Shown here piece after piece: positions 1 through 13,528 of a stretch of 64,000 bases of DNA. Positions within the stretch are counted from its first letter, which is position 1. Each line of letters starts with the position of its first letter. The position numbers and the translations under genes were made by a program. The notes beneath the pieces were generated by a model. It was given only the letters and a program-made list of their open reading frames with translations, did no database searches and had not been told where the DNA came from. The DNA comes from Gonapodya sp. JEL0774 (lineage: Eukaryota), in assembly GCA_027604505.1 (NCBI GenBank), contig JADIIX010000028.1:62001-126000 (forward strand), read 5' to 3'.

Positions 1-1613
1 CACGAAGCAGGGCACTCCATTGCAGCAGCATGGTGAGCTCAAAAAGCTCTCAGCTATGTGCTTAACTTTCCCACTGCGTCTGATCTCGCATTGTCCGTTG
101 ACACAGCGAATCGATTCACACTCATGTTCTATCTATCCACTTTTACGTTCTTTATCCCGCTGCTTCCGTGCGTTTGGATGATGCAGCTCTCTCCTTGCTC
201 AACCCATTGCGCCGCCTCCGAATTCTCACGGCTGGAAGCTGGAATAATACGCTTCTTGCGGTATTGGGATACATTTCAGCATCCATTCTGGGGTTAGTCG
301 CTGCAACGATCAGCGGAACTGTAAGAGGCAGTGAAGTGACCTCTGTGGTGGGTGTGGAGGTTCTCTCTGTTACACGAGGCACGGTGCTGGATGGGTACGT
401 TCGGCCAGGCGACCTGCTAGTCAAGGTGGACGGCCACGATCTTGTAGGTGGAGCTCGCGGTTGGGAGGACGCTGTGAGATTGAGCCTTAAGAGTGAAGAT
501 CGTGGTGTTCTGGGAAAAGGGTGGTGCGTTGATTCAGGTACTGGCCTCAACGGTGAGCACCATAATACTGGCCGATTGCACCTACTGCCTTAAAATGTCA
601 TCCGACCCACCAGACGTCTCCTGTTGTAAGGTTTCGGCCATTCATCCGCTTTCTCCTAACTCTCTCCAGTGCTTTGCGCCGCGCGTTGATGTGCAGGATC
701 TCATAAATCGTATGGTGAACTTTACGTCCTCCCCGGAGCTCACACCGCATGAGCGTGCCGAGAGGCTGGAGGATATTTTACGATTTGAGTCGGTTGGAAA
801 GCATGGACGATGTTTGGATTTCGGGGGTGTAGCGGGCGGAGTGGAGTGCACCGCAGATTTGGAGTGTGGAACAACCGTCGGTGGAAGAGCAAATGCGGAC
901 ACGAGATTAGTCAAGCGCAACAAGGACGAAGCAGTCATGGACATCTCTCAATCTATTGAAGTCTCAAAGACGTCGCCTCTTGTCGATGGGCGAGTAGAAG
1001 ACTACATTCTGGAAGCTGACAAGGACTCTCCCGAATCACAAACCGTGGACGTCCCTTCAACAAATCAACCTCTCCGGCCTCGTGTCTGCCTCTCTGCGTA
1101 TATACCCCATCCTCATGTACGCCTTTTGAGACTTGGTGTCCGACCTCTGTCGAAGGCGAATGATGCCCCGGTACGAGAATTGGCTGTGTTGGGAGACCCG
1201 AGAGAGGCGTGGGAAAGCGTCGTGGTCGATGTGGTGGGCGCAAGCAGGAATTGGGGGCTTCAGAAAGTTACCGAGTGGTTAATGGGGCTGTTGCGGTGAG
1301 CCATTTGCTCCTCAAATCGCGAGTCAAGCAAGGAAATAATGAGTTTAGTGTCCCTGGCTCTCTTTTTTAAAGGGATCTCTCTTCCATTTCTCTCGCTCTT
1401 GCACTTTTCAACCTTGTTCCCGCGCGCCATCTCGATGGTGAGCACGTATTACGTGCTTACGCGGAATACCTGTGGCCCCCCTCGGCGTCCACTCGCACAG
1501 GGGCAAGTAGTGATGTGCCAGCAGCAGTGGTGACGGTAGCGGTGGCTGTTTGCTCCGGAGTCATGGGTGCTGCTGTGGTAGGAGGATTTGTTGTTGCAGT
1601 GCTCGGCAATTAG
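1..1613 (+). CDS. MBTPS2: Site-2 protease (peptidase M50, MBTPS2/Stp1-like), 5'-truncated by the window edge, multi-exon
   Basis: Bases 1-30 encode HEAGHSIAAA (HExxH zinc motif). Later exons encode RLRILTAGSWNN, a PDZ-like segment (VRPGDLLVKVDG) and a Cys-rich insert. The last exon encodes SISLALALFNLVPARHLDGEH (NxxPxxxLDG motif) and a TM helix, ending at TAG 1611-1613. Confidence 0.9.
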
Positions 1614-2194
1614 CTGGTTATGGTGTTGGGTGACCTCTGGCGATCCAGCCGGTAAACCCAGTTGAGAAGTCACCTGTAGTGTTTGGTCTGCACTGGATCG
1701 CCCGAATCGACAAAGCGATGCAAATTTGGGCTAAATCATTAACATCTATCAATTCCTGCAATCTTATTACATAGTGAAACACCAAGTGGAACAAGGAACT
1801 CGAGCTCCTGGCATACAGAATGCAGAAACTTACCTTTCGCAGCACACTTTCGGAATATGGACACCGAGGATTGTGGGAACTATCAACCAGATCATGGCAC
1901 CGTTACAGTACAGCGAGGGTTCTCAAACACATAATTGTCTAGAATGAGTATCTCATAGAGCCAATACTTATCGCATATGTGCGCAAAATACTGCATACAA
2001 CGATTCTTAACTACCTGTAAACACATGATCTTTAGAACGTTTAACAACAGTATATATCTGGGTAATGATGCGTCGATGTGTGACAATCCTGGGGTGCCAA
2101 ATGTCTGTAAAGTACGCGGAGGTGTGGACGCTGAATGTGGAGATCCTCGCCGCGCTGTACACCTCTATGCACGTAACTGTCACACGGAGCCTTT

Positions 2195-3346
2195 TCAATT
2201 GTCTGTTCCCAGCCTTAGACGAAGCTTAAGTAGGAACCGAATCTCAGGCGCACCGAATCTGTATTCTCGGAGCATAGCCTCGACGTCTGATCTGCGCACG
2301 CCTGCGCGCAGCAGAACAGCAACGACAAGTGGGCGATGGTACACAATGGCGAAACGGAGAGCTTCACAGTCGTCAGCGCGGACATCTGCGCCGTAGGCAA
2401 GGAGGGTGCGGACAAGTCTGACGTGACCGATGCGGGAGGCGGAGGCGAGAGGGCGATTGAAGAGGTGTTTTCCAGATGTCATCGCATCGCCGTATCCCTG
2501 AACGTCAGCCCCCCACTCCAAAAGAAACTTTGCCAGGTCAAGGGAGCCTGTACGGCACGCCTTGTTCAAGCCGAATCCGTTGTAAGCGTCCACATTTGCG
2601 CCTCGCGTCAGCAACAACTGCAGGACAGGGAGGGATATGGTTTCAATGTCGCCCACCATACCCAGGAACAGCGCGTGATCAGGTTGCTGGATATCTAGCG
2701 CTTTGTTTGTGTCCGATGCGTGAACATCAGCACCCGCTGCTAATAGTTGTTGTACCATCATCAGATCTCTACGACGGCAGGCCGAAAAAAGTGCACGATT
2801 TCGAGACTGGCTGTCCTGACCTCGTGCTAGAAGCAATCCGACGAGGTGGTGGTGTCCGCTCTCCGATGCGAGTTCCAGCAAGTTTCTCTGTCCCTGCTCA
2901 TCAACAAACACGACGCCACAGTCCAGGAGAAGGCCGAGGACAACGCTCTGTCCCCGAAAAACGAGATTCTGCAATATCACGGGAAACTGCAACCACGTGG
3001 GAGCACTCGCAATCTCGGATTCCAGACCGGGGCACCGACGAAGGAGAGCTTTGAGGACGTGAACCGATGGTTGAACTCTCCGACACTCATTGTGGAAGGC
3101 GAGAAGAGGGAAATGAAATTTGACGAGAGCACGGGACGCAATTGTGTCTGGATCGCGAAGGGCGGGGAGGAGAGCTCTACAAATGGAATAGGTAGGAAGT
3201 CCGAGCCGATGCTCCACAGAACAGAAGGAGCTCAAACGCGTCACCAATTTCGGTGGGAGCGAGAGGATCGGGAAGATCCCCGGAGCTGGAATGCGGCGTC
3301 TCCAGAATGTCCAGGGGAAGACGCGCATTCGCTCTCTGTTTTGCAC
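2195..3346 (-). CDS. Ankyrin-repeat protein, single exon, with a degenerate F-box-like N-terminal segment
   Basis: 383-aa ORF with about 6 ankyrin repeats (ASESGHHHLVGLLLARG, LLAAGADVHA, LLEWGADVQ, LLAYGADVRADDCEALRFA). N-terminal segment ILSLPPKLVTRLSSF. Confidence 0.85.
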   Translation of the reverse strand: MQNRERMRVFPWTFWRRRIPAPGIFPILSLPPKLVTRLSSFCSVEHRLGLPTYSICRALLPALRDPDTIASRALVKFHFPLLAFHNECRRVQPSVHVLKALLRRCPGLESEIASAPTWLQFPVILQNLVFRGQSVVLGLLLDCGVVFVDEQGQRNLLELASESGHHHLVGLLLARGQDSQSRNRALFSACRRRDLMMVQQLLAAGADVHASDTNKALDIQQPDHALFLGMVGDIETISLPVLQLLLTRGANVDAYNGFGLNKACRTGSLDLAKFLLEWGADVQGYGDAMTSGKHLFNRPLASASRIGHVRLVRTLLAYGADVRADDCEALRFAIVYHRPLVVAVLLRAGVRRSDVEAMLREYRFGAPEIRFLLKLRLRLGTDN

Positions 3347-3997
3347 TTGAGACGGTCGGCGACGTGTTTTGGGGATGAAGCACCAACACCGTCACTGCCA
3401 CGCCACTAAAGTCCCCCACCAACACTATTCCCTCGCTTTTCTACGACTTCCTCTCGAATTCTGGTTCTACTTTGCTATTGCGCCCACCGTCAGCATTGGC
3501 ACTGAATTTGTGGCTTTTCCTATGTGGGACGTGAAAAGAATGCAACCACTTGTTGGCATGCAAGTCTGTCCCGTTCGACCGGAACAGGCAATCGTAGAGG
3601 CAACACCTGAGTAATGAATCGAATTGAACGCACTCATTGAAGGTAGGGCGGTGCCAGTAGACTAGCTTTGGGTCCGTACCCCGGGAGCGAAGAGGCTTGA
3701 GATGACCGCATAGACAATAATGTGTGGGCGCACGTCTCAGTTGTATTATGTATCATGGAACTCTTCGCTTGCTCCGTATCCCATGTGTTTACGTTTTGAA
3801 TTGTTGGTGGAACTGTGATTGATCAATCGTGGCCGCCCCGCTCCTCCTTCCGCCAAACCCACAACATAAACTGCCTTCGCGAAGTTGCTGCATTCGCTGG
3901 CCCTCCCCTCATCGCAGGCTCTTCGGTCATCGTATCTGTAAAATTGGCAAACAATTTGCTCCACACGTAGTCTCCGTACTCGCCTCTTTCCATTGAA

Positions 3998-6900
3998 ATG
4001 GACGGTTCCTACCTCACAGACGAGACGCAGCTGATGGGACTTGTCCACCAACTGGTAGAGATTAACGCGGCTGCTGCAGCCCTCTCCGCTGCGGAAAGTG
4101 CCCGCCGAGGAAACACCTCTTTCGATCTTCCAAGTGAAATGGACGAGGCGAACCTCAATGGGGAAAATGGAGAAGCTGAGAACGGCATCACGTTGGGAAA
4201 CGGCGAACCATATGATGAAACAGGAGCAGATGCAGTGGATAGCTTGGCTGTGGCGGTTTCAGAGGACTTTCAAATGTCGCAGATCATCAAAACTGTGTTC
4301 CGCAACGGGCGACAGGAAGCATTTCTGGGTCAGTTGGAACTTTTCATCGCGAGAAAAGAGTCAGAAATAGAGCGAGTGTGCAATTTTCACTTTGAGGTAA
4401 GTGTCTATGACGCAGATTTGGTGTCTCGTGGATAGGTGCCACACTCTGAGCCACGCCAAACATTGTTCTCGGGTACCATCCCGTTCCGCACTCGGATGAT
4501 GTACGTCCGAAAGCTTGGACAATTTTGGAATATCTTCTCCGCTGCCCCAATAGCGTGGTATTCTGCAAAACGATGATCAACTGACCATGAATCCCGCCTC
4601 GTCCTCGGACATAGGAATTCGCCCAAGCCGTTGAGCAACTTCTCAAAATTCGCTTTGACGCTTCACGACTGAAGTCCACCATAGCCGAACTCAACAGCCA
4701 GCTACAAGAGTCCGGTGCGAAGCTTCTCGAGACTGTGAGATTCTTTCGCTCAAGATGATTTCTTCAGTCAGTCAGATCTGAAAGCTAACACTGTGCTTGT
4801 CTGGCTTTTCCACCTTCTTTTGTCACTGTTCCGTCACAAAAACGCGCTCGACCACCGTTGTATCCCCGTTGCCCAGACCAAACTCCTCTCCTCCCAACAT
4901 CGTACCCTTCTCAACATCGATTCGGCATCTGAAGCTCTCCGCTCCTGCCTGCGGCTTCTCGAACGGGCCAACAAGGTTTTCATCCAGATCGACAACCGCC
5001 GCTTCTACGCCGCTCTCAAGGGGCTCGAGGAGCTCGAACAGGGTGTGGCCATCTCATCGTCATCTGGAGGCTCGGGTGGAGATAAAGGGGCGAATAAGCT
5101 GGCGAATTTGAGCTTTGTGAAGTACTTGGGTGAGTTTCAGCAAGTTGCAGAGGGAGTCAATCATGGAGTACGTGGTACCTTCCAGTTCTCGTGCTGATAC
5201 TTGAGAGGGCATCCTTCCATCTTCAGAGGAATCCATACCCATTTTACGCGAGCGAATACGTGAGGCTGTCACAAAAGAAACCAAAGACTGGTTGGTTCAG
5301 TGAGTTCACACCTTCTTGCCCGTGTTGTCCTTCGCATGCGACATCTTGTATTCCTCCAAATGCTCGCGGCTTAGTGTGCGAGAACTTTCAAGGAAGGTCG
5401 GCCGTCTCGCAATGGAGCAGACTGCTTACCGTCAAGCCCGTGTCCACGCTGCGATGACCGGCGGTGCTGCTGCTCAACAAGGTGCAGATGGAGAGAACCA
5501 GCCCCCGCAGAGGAGGAAAGTGAGCTTGAGTGTGGAACTTGTGTTGAATGAGGCGAATGAAGGTTGGTATTCGAAGTTTGTGGTCTGTCAGTGAGGATGA
5601 GATTTTGAATCACAGTCCTTGCAAATAACACCCAGAAAACCTCGTGGACAACACTACCGTTCGGATCGATTTCCGACCTCTGTACCAAGGCTTGCACATT
5701 CATACCACGCTTGGCCTCCGGGACCAGTTCAAAGTACAATACGAGTCTGATCGGCGCGCCCAGCTGGATCTGGTGCTCACCAGTCACTTCAATTTGCGAG
5801 GTGTTGAAGACATGGTTGGATTTGAGGGATTCTTGTGGGATGTGGTGGGATTCTTTGTGGTGGAGAGTGTCGTCGGAGAGACAGGTGGAGGGCTACGAAC
5901 CCGGGCTGCGGTGCGTTTCTTGCTGATATTTCAAAGCGGCTACGTATAGTTTCGATTCATGCATGATAAAACGCTCCTAGATTGAGAAGCTGTGGGAGTC
6001 AGCTGTTACGTCAATCCTCTCCATTACTTCGTCCAATCTGCAGGATTGCGGGTCCCCTGATTTGTTCTTGGAGATCAAACTCCTTCTCATCACGTTTATT
6101 CAGACCCTCGAGGGCTATGACTACAACGTTGAGCGCTTGTACGAGCTGATGGGCGGTTTGTTTGCACGCTACGCAGAGCTGATGAAGGTTGGGGCGAGCG
6201 AGCGCATTCGACTGGTGAGTGTCCTCAGTTAAACTCACGAAGCACAAAAACCTTGTCACCTAGTATTCGCTTAGATTGTTGAAATGGACGACTTCAGTCC
6301 AATGATCATAGACAATCCAACACAATACGAACAGTTGCCACGGTCCCTCCGGCTATCCCCCATCGCAAAATCTGGGCCTGGTGGCGCCTCTGCGGCTCTA
6401 CGGAATGTTTTCCCACGTACTTTACCGTTCTCCAAAGGAGTTTTCCAAGTCTGCGACATTGTACGAAAGTTCATCAATGGTTACTACCGGTTCGCGGAAG
6501 GATTTATGCACCAGTATGGCGCGATGGATGATCTACTGAAAGATGTGAGATTTCACGTTGTAATTGAATGCGAAGCACCGGTGGTGGTACATTTCCTCAT
6601 GCAATCCGCCAATCAACGCTCCTCCTTCTAGTCCTTGGAAATTCTCCTCTCTACTCACGTCTCCCAAGCAATTCTCACAAAAGTAGCAGACTCGCAGAAT
6701 CTCACGTTGGTCGTCCAAACACTCACAAATCTCGATTTTCTTGAGTCTGCGACAACGGACTTTGAAGATTTCCTGATGGAAAAGCGCATTTCGCATAACA
6801 AAGGTGGCCGTGTTTCCTTGCAAAGCAAGAAGGTCTTCCAAGATACCCACAAACAGGTCGAGAAGAGAGTATTTGAGCTTATGAATGAAAAGATCGACGA

Positions 6901-7948
6901 TTTCTTGGAAGTCGCAGAATACGACTGGTATGACAACTGCAATTCACGACATGGTGCTTTGGAAGCCATGTGATGATGGACCCGTTTTTACAGGCTGACG
7001 TCGAGTGTTGCCACAAAACCGTCCCCTTACCTATACGATCTTGTAAATTACCTCACTACCATCAACAGTTCAGTGTTGTCGAGCTGCCCTCCACAAATCA
7101 AAAGCTTCATCTACTTCGACGCCTTCGATCACCTTTCTCGGAACCTTGAGGTGTGTTTTCCGTTGGTGATCGCAAAATCAAGATGGATCTCATCTCCTGG
7201 AAAACGTCCGCGGCCGTCGCATTCATAACTTCAGAACATGTTACTCAAACCAGAAGTTCGAAAAATATCGCCCCAAGCTATCGAGAACTTTCATCAAGAT
7301 ATTATGTTTCTTGAAAGCTTTGTGGAGAAACTTGCTGACCCCAAGTGAGTCTCTCGTAGCGTTCGGGTCAGAACTATAAACCGATTGGTACACCACACAG
7401 CGTCCTCGATACTTTTCAGGAAGTCCGGCAGGTGAGAATCTCAAGGAAAATGGAGAAATCCTCGCTCTAATCACGGAATCCTCAAATCTTTCACCAGGAA
7501 ATCAATTTCTTGAGAAGTGATGCCCTGGAAGAGTATCTGAACCCATCCATCCGAAATAGAAAATACGGGCGTATAAAGGAGCAGAAAATTTTTGTTCTTC
7601 TGGAAAAGTGAGTTGAAGTGATGATTACAACATTATGTTCACCTCCCTGCCTCAACCAATGAATGTTCTTTAAGAATCCGGCCAGATTCGAGCATGTTCA
7701 GTTCCTTGATGTCCAAGAAAAAAGAGACTCCTGCCGAGACAGCACGCCGCACGGCGGTCGACAATGTGCTGAAAGCTATGCGATCTGCACCGCGGGACTC
7801 CAGAGAATCAGGCGGCAGCATGGACATTCCGAGATCATCCACGCCGCTTAGTACAAAGCCCCCCACCTCGGTGGTAAGCACTTCTTCTGTGTCTCTTGGG
7901 GGCGCTGTTCTTGGTAAAGCTCGGCGAACCGGTGGAGGAGGCTCTTAA
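3998..7948 (+). CDS. SEC15: Exocyst complex subunit Sec15 (EXOC6), multi-exon
   Basis: Exons encode FIARKESEIERVCNFHFE, RFYAALKGLEELE, IDFRPLYQGLHIHTTLGLRDQFKVQYESDRRAQLDLVL, FPRTLPFSK and MNEKIDDFLEVAEYDW, all Sec15 motifs, joined by GT-AG introns. Confidence 0.92.
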
Positions 7949-8775
7949 CATTGTGGACCTTGAGCCGTCGTCTCGAAAGCACTTATACCCGTTGAGCTGT
8001 CCATATTCTTAGACCATACATGTTTTGCAAGTCATGCAACTAGTGAGCGCAAGTTTGGGAGGCGATGTGACGGGAGCCTTCTACAATTGTGCGCGGTCAA
8101 CACGCTTGTAACATGATGTCCTATATTCAGGTAGCGTAGCATGAGATGAGCTCAATCGGCATCCGTTTTTGCGGCCGTGCTGTCGATTTATGTACTGGAG
8201 ACCTGCACGGAAAATCGTCCGGGCTTCCAAAACGGGAACACGCAAAACGCACAAAAGGCCTCCACCACCGAGCGCATGAACACCAGAAGAAGAAGCATTC
8301 GTCTGATAGAGAATGATAGATTTCTTTTACGTTCGGTTTTCATGATCAACAAAATTTACGCCACATAGCTCAGACATTGAACTGTTTTTCGATCTAGAGA
8401 ACAAGCCGAATAGAACAAATGAATTGCAAAAGAAATGCTCTGTCCACACGGGGAAACGAGAACAAACGCGCATTGGTGATATTCCTTCGGTTTTGGGAGA
8501 CGTGTGTTGTTCCTTCAGGGAGACACTTTGGGTCATTTCTTGCCGCACAAACCGCACTCCAAATCTTTCAAGTGCGCAACCCCCTCGTAGTGTTAAAAGA
8601 TCTAAACCATCAGTCGAGCTCTTCACTGGACTGAGGAAACCGGATCACCGCGGGTTTTTTTTTGGATACCTTCTGTCTGCTCGTGTATCCCCGGCATCCC
8701 TTCGAACCTCCTCAATTGGTCGGACCGGTTCCCCCGACCATCAATTCAAAGTCTCCCGATCAATCCCTCTGTCTG

Positions 8776-10706
8776 ATGGGTCTCAAGAAGATTCGCTTGG
8801 AGTACTGGGAAGGTGCTGCGTGCCTGATTGATCCATGATTTGTTGATCAAACTGACTTTTGCTCTCATCCATGCTCCAGGGATCAAAATTCTCGTTCTTC
8901 GTAGCGAGAACTATCCCCAAACGTATGAAGAATTCACGTTTACTCTGTGCAGTAAGATTCCGGCCGTCCGAATGGCGGCCGAGAAGTTCGTTATTCGCTG
9001 CAAGTGGAAGGACGAGGGCTCCCACCTGGTTCATCTGGACGATGACGACGACCTAGAGCTTTTATTTGAAACATTGGAAACAGCAGTTGTGATCATTGAA
9101 CTAGAAGAGGTGGGATTGCGGTGGGAGATTAACGTCCTTGTGATTCAACCTGAATGGGTGTTCGGATGTGGCAGGTCAGCGACGACACTCGAGGTCTTCT
9201 TTGGAGTAAAAGTCGATTCGAGAACTTCAAGGATACCAATGCTCAAAATCGCAGAGAAAGGGAAAGGTCTAGACACAGCTCAACTCCCGAGAGTGCACAC
9301 TCTCGTGATGTTGCTCCACCTGCGCCACCTCGGGGGACTAACAGTTTTCCCAACGGGTGAGACTCCTTGTAAGAGAATTGTTTCGCGATTCAATCGCTAA
9401 TATCCTGCAACATGTCCAATCCAAAAGGTTGAGCTCCTTTACATCGAATGTTGTTCGTGCTCCGGAGCCTTATCTGCACTCTCCAAAGCGTACCGTCGAA
9501 GCCGGAAATCATTCACCATTACGCACACCAGAAACCATGTATTCGCCTATCCGTAGTCTGGAATCAAACCACTCGCGAACATATTCGTCGTTTTCAGACG
9601 CCACACTTGCTGAACGGCGAGGGTCTTCGAGTATCGACCGAAATCCACATTCAAACTCATCGAGTATCGACCGGTATCAACATTCAAATTCGAAAGAGGA
9701 CGGCCGTTATCCAGCACCTTTGAAGGACAGACTCGCTACCATTATATCGGACCACCCTGCTTTCGAAGCCCGTCCTCAGCCCCAAGCGCCCCGCAGTATC
9801 ATCGATTCAAACCAGTACCTCAGCATCAAAATCGGAAGTCGCGAGTTCAGTTTTCCTCTGGAGTGGCAGAACTCAAAGACCTCATCAAGATCAGATCTAA
9901 TGGGTATCCTGGGAAAACCACAGTGGATTGGGCAACGGTCTTGGGGATACAAGAAGGTGAGCTTGAACTTCACAGTTCGTTATCGTTTCTGTGGGCTATT
10001 CACATCCGATGTGATCATGTAATCGCTTGGAACGACAGGTTGGTTGTGATGAAGACAACATGACGATGACTTACGGAGCTAGAGCAAGCAGCATCCGGGA
10101 TAAGTTCAGGAAGGACACCGAGTACAATTTTGTGAGTACCGTCACGGTTGCAGATCCGCTCAGAAGCGCTAAGTGTTTGAATTTGTGCTTACAATTTGGA
10201 TATCCTTCTCTTTCGCCGTTAACTTGCAGACTATAATGTTTGACGGCCGTCCCATGTACCGAGCTGCGGAAGAAAACTACCCAGCAAAACTTGAAACCCT
10301 GACGCCTGATGATTTCTTTGAGGGTTTCATCAAAACGATCTCTGAAGTTCGTGACATTGGTAACGATCACCTTTCGATTGCAACGGAATGGGCGTGCATT
10401 ACTCCTCCGTTCGAGGCTTTTGCGGAGAACGCAAAAGTTGGAGGAAAGTACCATTGTCTGTATCTCGTGAGAGACGCGCGTTCCGCGGTGTTAACTGAAG
10501 GTGGGAACACGCGGTTGCAGAATTGGATAAAAACGCAAATGAGCTCTGGAGTGTGGGGTGAGTGAGATTGGTTATAGTTGAATCGGACGCGTGCTTTTGT
10601 CTCACGGACATCGCGCCCAGCCAGTTCGTCGCTAAAGACGGGAGATATTTTGGGGGTGGGCATTTCGGACAACGGTCCTTCCAACTACGTTCCCACTGTA
10701 GCTTAA
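8776..10706 (+). CDS. PB1-domain protein with uncharacterised conserved C-terminal domain, tandem paralogue 1
   Basis: Exon 1 (8776-8812) MGLKKIRLEYWE. Exon 2 (8880-9109) GIKILVLR...CKWKDEGSHLVHLDDDDDLELLFE (PB1 with OPCA motif). Ser-rich linker, then REFSFPLEW...QRSWGYKK...TEWACITPP...RLQNWIKTQMSSGVW. Last exon ends at TAA 10704-10706. Confidence 0.8.
9627..9692 (+). repeat. 33-bp tandem duplication (2 copies) in the linker of paralogue 1
   Basis: tcgagtatcgaccgaaatccacattcaaactca / tcgagtatcgaccggtatcaacattcaaattcg, encoding SSIDRNPHSNS / SSIDRYQHSNS. Confidence 0.8.
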
Positions 10707-11649
10707 GTTGCATCATGCACTTTTGCCCAATTTTTAATCCGATTTGTTTTTTTTGTTTGTCTATCAAAGAGAATTACAGTAATTTTGAGTGGGGGGGGGA
10801 GGGGGGGGAAAATTCGAATTCATAAGACGAAAACCCCAATTTCACGAATTTATACGAGTCCAAGTGATAGTGACGGTGTCAGCCACCTGCCAGCGGCTTG
10901 ACAATAATGTGTTTGAGCCGCTGCCAGGTACTAGCTAAGTAGCTGTCTCCCAGAGAGCTCAGAGAGGACGATCCAGCTTTCCATTTTGCATCTTTTACCA
11001 TTATCGTCGATATTTTGATACATCCATTTGGGTCGCAATTACCGACGACAGAAAATAGGGCCGGGGCGTTTGCAGAAGCCGATCATCAAACATGCCGAAT
11101 CGGGGAACTTGCTCGTTTGCCCCGAGAATATAGAATACTCAGTCGACGCTTCTCTAATGTATTGGAGGTACGAGATCAAGCTGCTCACTCGAAATGGTGT
11201 CAAAATGGGGTCATCATGGCTTGTCATGCATAAATTCTCCTTCCTACATTGAAATCTGTTGGAAAGACTTTGCTTGAATATGTCTGCAAGTGATGGAGTG
11301 ATTGCATCATGAAAGCTCCTTTGAGATTGCTTCTTTAATTTGGAGATGACCTTGTCCTGGTGTATAGTAAAACGTGTCTAAAAGTAACGAAATGATAACG
11401 ACTAAACTTGCATCACCAATTAATTTGGTAAAGGCTTACGAACGTGAAAACAATCGCAGGATTGGATGGGAACCTGAGCCGCTGTGGTGGTGTTTGCATC
11501 TGTTTACATACAACAACTGGAAAGGGTCCTCCCGCGCTGCAAGCCAAGCGTGCCGCTGCAACTGCCCCGAAAAAAATCCACTGCCTTCTCCTCGCCATAA
11601 TACAAAGTCATTCGCACAATCATTCCGTCGAATCGGACCTGTGTGGAGA

Positions 11650-13528
11650 ATGTCGAAGAAACTGCGACTCCACTACTGGGACGGTCAGTATTTGAAACAT
11701 CTTGATTTTCCTGTCGAATCTCTTCCCACACTTCCCTTATCACACCATGGCAGGTCTCAAGGTTGTGAATCTTCGAGATGGCCTTCCAGCAACGATTGAC
11801 TCTCTGATTCACATCATTCTTCAACGAGTTCCTCCAATTGCTCGTGCTGCTGGATCTTATGTCATCTGTCTCCATTACAAAGACCGAAACTCCCAAAGCT
11901 GTTTCCTGGAATATGACAGGGATCTGGTTGCTATGTGGGCGGAAACAGGAGACATCATCGACCTTGTTTTGGAGCTCACAGAGGTGACTAGACAGTCTTG
12001 ACTGCATTTATCAAAGGAACACGTCCCAGGAACTAACTCTGACATTCCTTGCGCACAGGTGACACCGTCAACGCAACATTTTCTGTGGTCCGAAGAACGG
12101 ATTGACCGATTCCAGCCCACTTGTCTTGCTGTCGATCACGACGACAAAACAACGCCATCACCACCCTCACCCGGTCTGTCTCAGAACTTTGTCCCCCCTG
12201 AGAAACGTGACAATCCATCGGTTACGGGGGGAATGTGGTCCTCGGATGTGTTGATCAACCTGGCGTCCAAACTTTCATCCATTGATGTGGATGAACACGG
12301 CCTCTATGCCCCGTTTCACATAACTGACTCCTCTTGGACCTCCAAAGAGTCTCCTAACACGCAGTCTCAGAACCAGTATGCAGGGGGTGCGTTTCAACAG
12401 CCTAGCCTCACAATCACTCCCCCTCCCTCGGCATCCCCATCGGGTCTGCACTCGCGTGTTCCCAGTGGCTCCGCGTCACCTCCACGCACCGTCTTCTCAG
12501 ACAATGTCGAATCTCCATCATCCGAAGCGCGTTCTGGAAGTTCATGGCAACCCAGTGTTGACAGCACACCGCACCTCAATTCTGACTCTCCTGGCCACTC
12601 ACGCCAATCCAGCTTTCAATCGAACTTTGCACCGTCGAATTATTCAGACTCCCAACGTCAGTCATCTCGATCACAGCAATCCGGATACGGATCTTCCGTC
12701 CAATCGGATACACCCAGTGAGTATCTTGCGATTCAAGTTTCAAATTCGCACAACAATTTGAAAGTTCGATGGTATCGGTAACGCCTTTAGCTGACGCGTT
12801 TACCAGCATATCTGTTCGAGTTTTTGAAATTGAGTATCCATTCAAACTTTGTTGGATGAACTCCACGTCCTCCCCGGCGCAGGACTTGATTGGTACTCTT
12901 GCGAAACAAGAGTGGGCAGCGCAGCGGTTTCAAGGCTATAAACTAGTACGTTGCGCTTAAAGTTGGAGATAATAGTCGTGACTGACAGCACGATGTTCTT
13001 CAGATGAAATCCGATCAGACCCGACTCTCTATTTCCTACGGTCCGCGGAAGTCGAGCGTTCGAGCCGCGTTCAAAGCCGATAGCTTGTATTCCTTTGTGA
13101 GCTTATACTGCGCTTGCTGTGTTTATCGTAATACTCGTTGACCGTCAACCCTGTGGTGGGTTGTGTTTTACAACTGTCAGACCATTTTATTCGAACGGCC
13201 GCACCTCTTCCAAGCCGCCACAAGAAGGTACCCTGCGAAACTCGACAGCATGAGTTTCGCGGAGTTTCACCGCCTACTTGTCGCTTCTCTGTCCCAGCCG
13301 GGCGGTTCAGCTTCCGGCGACGACAAACTTCGGGCGCTGTCCACTGATTGGGCGTTCATAACCCCTCCCTCGCAAATGGTTCCGGACAATCCAAGGGGTG
13401 GCGGAGTATTTCACTGTGTATATGTTGTCAAGGACTCCAGGTCCAAGGTGCTGAGCACTGAGTGCACCCTGCGACTCCAATCGTATCTGAAAGCACTCAT
13501 GATTGATGGAGAGTGGGCCAGTGAGTAA
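11650..13528 (+). CDS. PB1-domain protein with uncharacterised conserved C-terminal domain, tandem paralogue 2 (3' end approximate)
   Basis: MSKKLRLHYWD|GLKVVNLRDG...LHYKDRNSQSCFLEYDRDL, then an S/P-rich linker, then EYPFKLCW...QRFQGYKL...YGPRKSSVR...STDWAFITPP...RLQSYLKALMIDGEW. Confidence 0.78.

Noticed and set aside
3713..3725. 13-mer GACAATAATGTGT shared with the hairpin at about 10900
   Set aside because: Many shared 13-mers are expected by chance in 64 kb, and the flanks do not align.
10790..10808. G-rich run as a G-quadruplex or telomeric motif
   Set aside because: Only two homopolymer runs in a low-complexity 3' region, with no further support.
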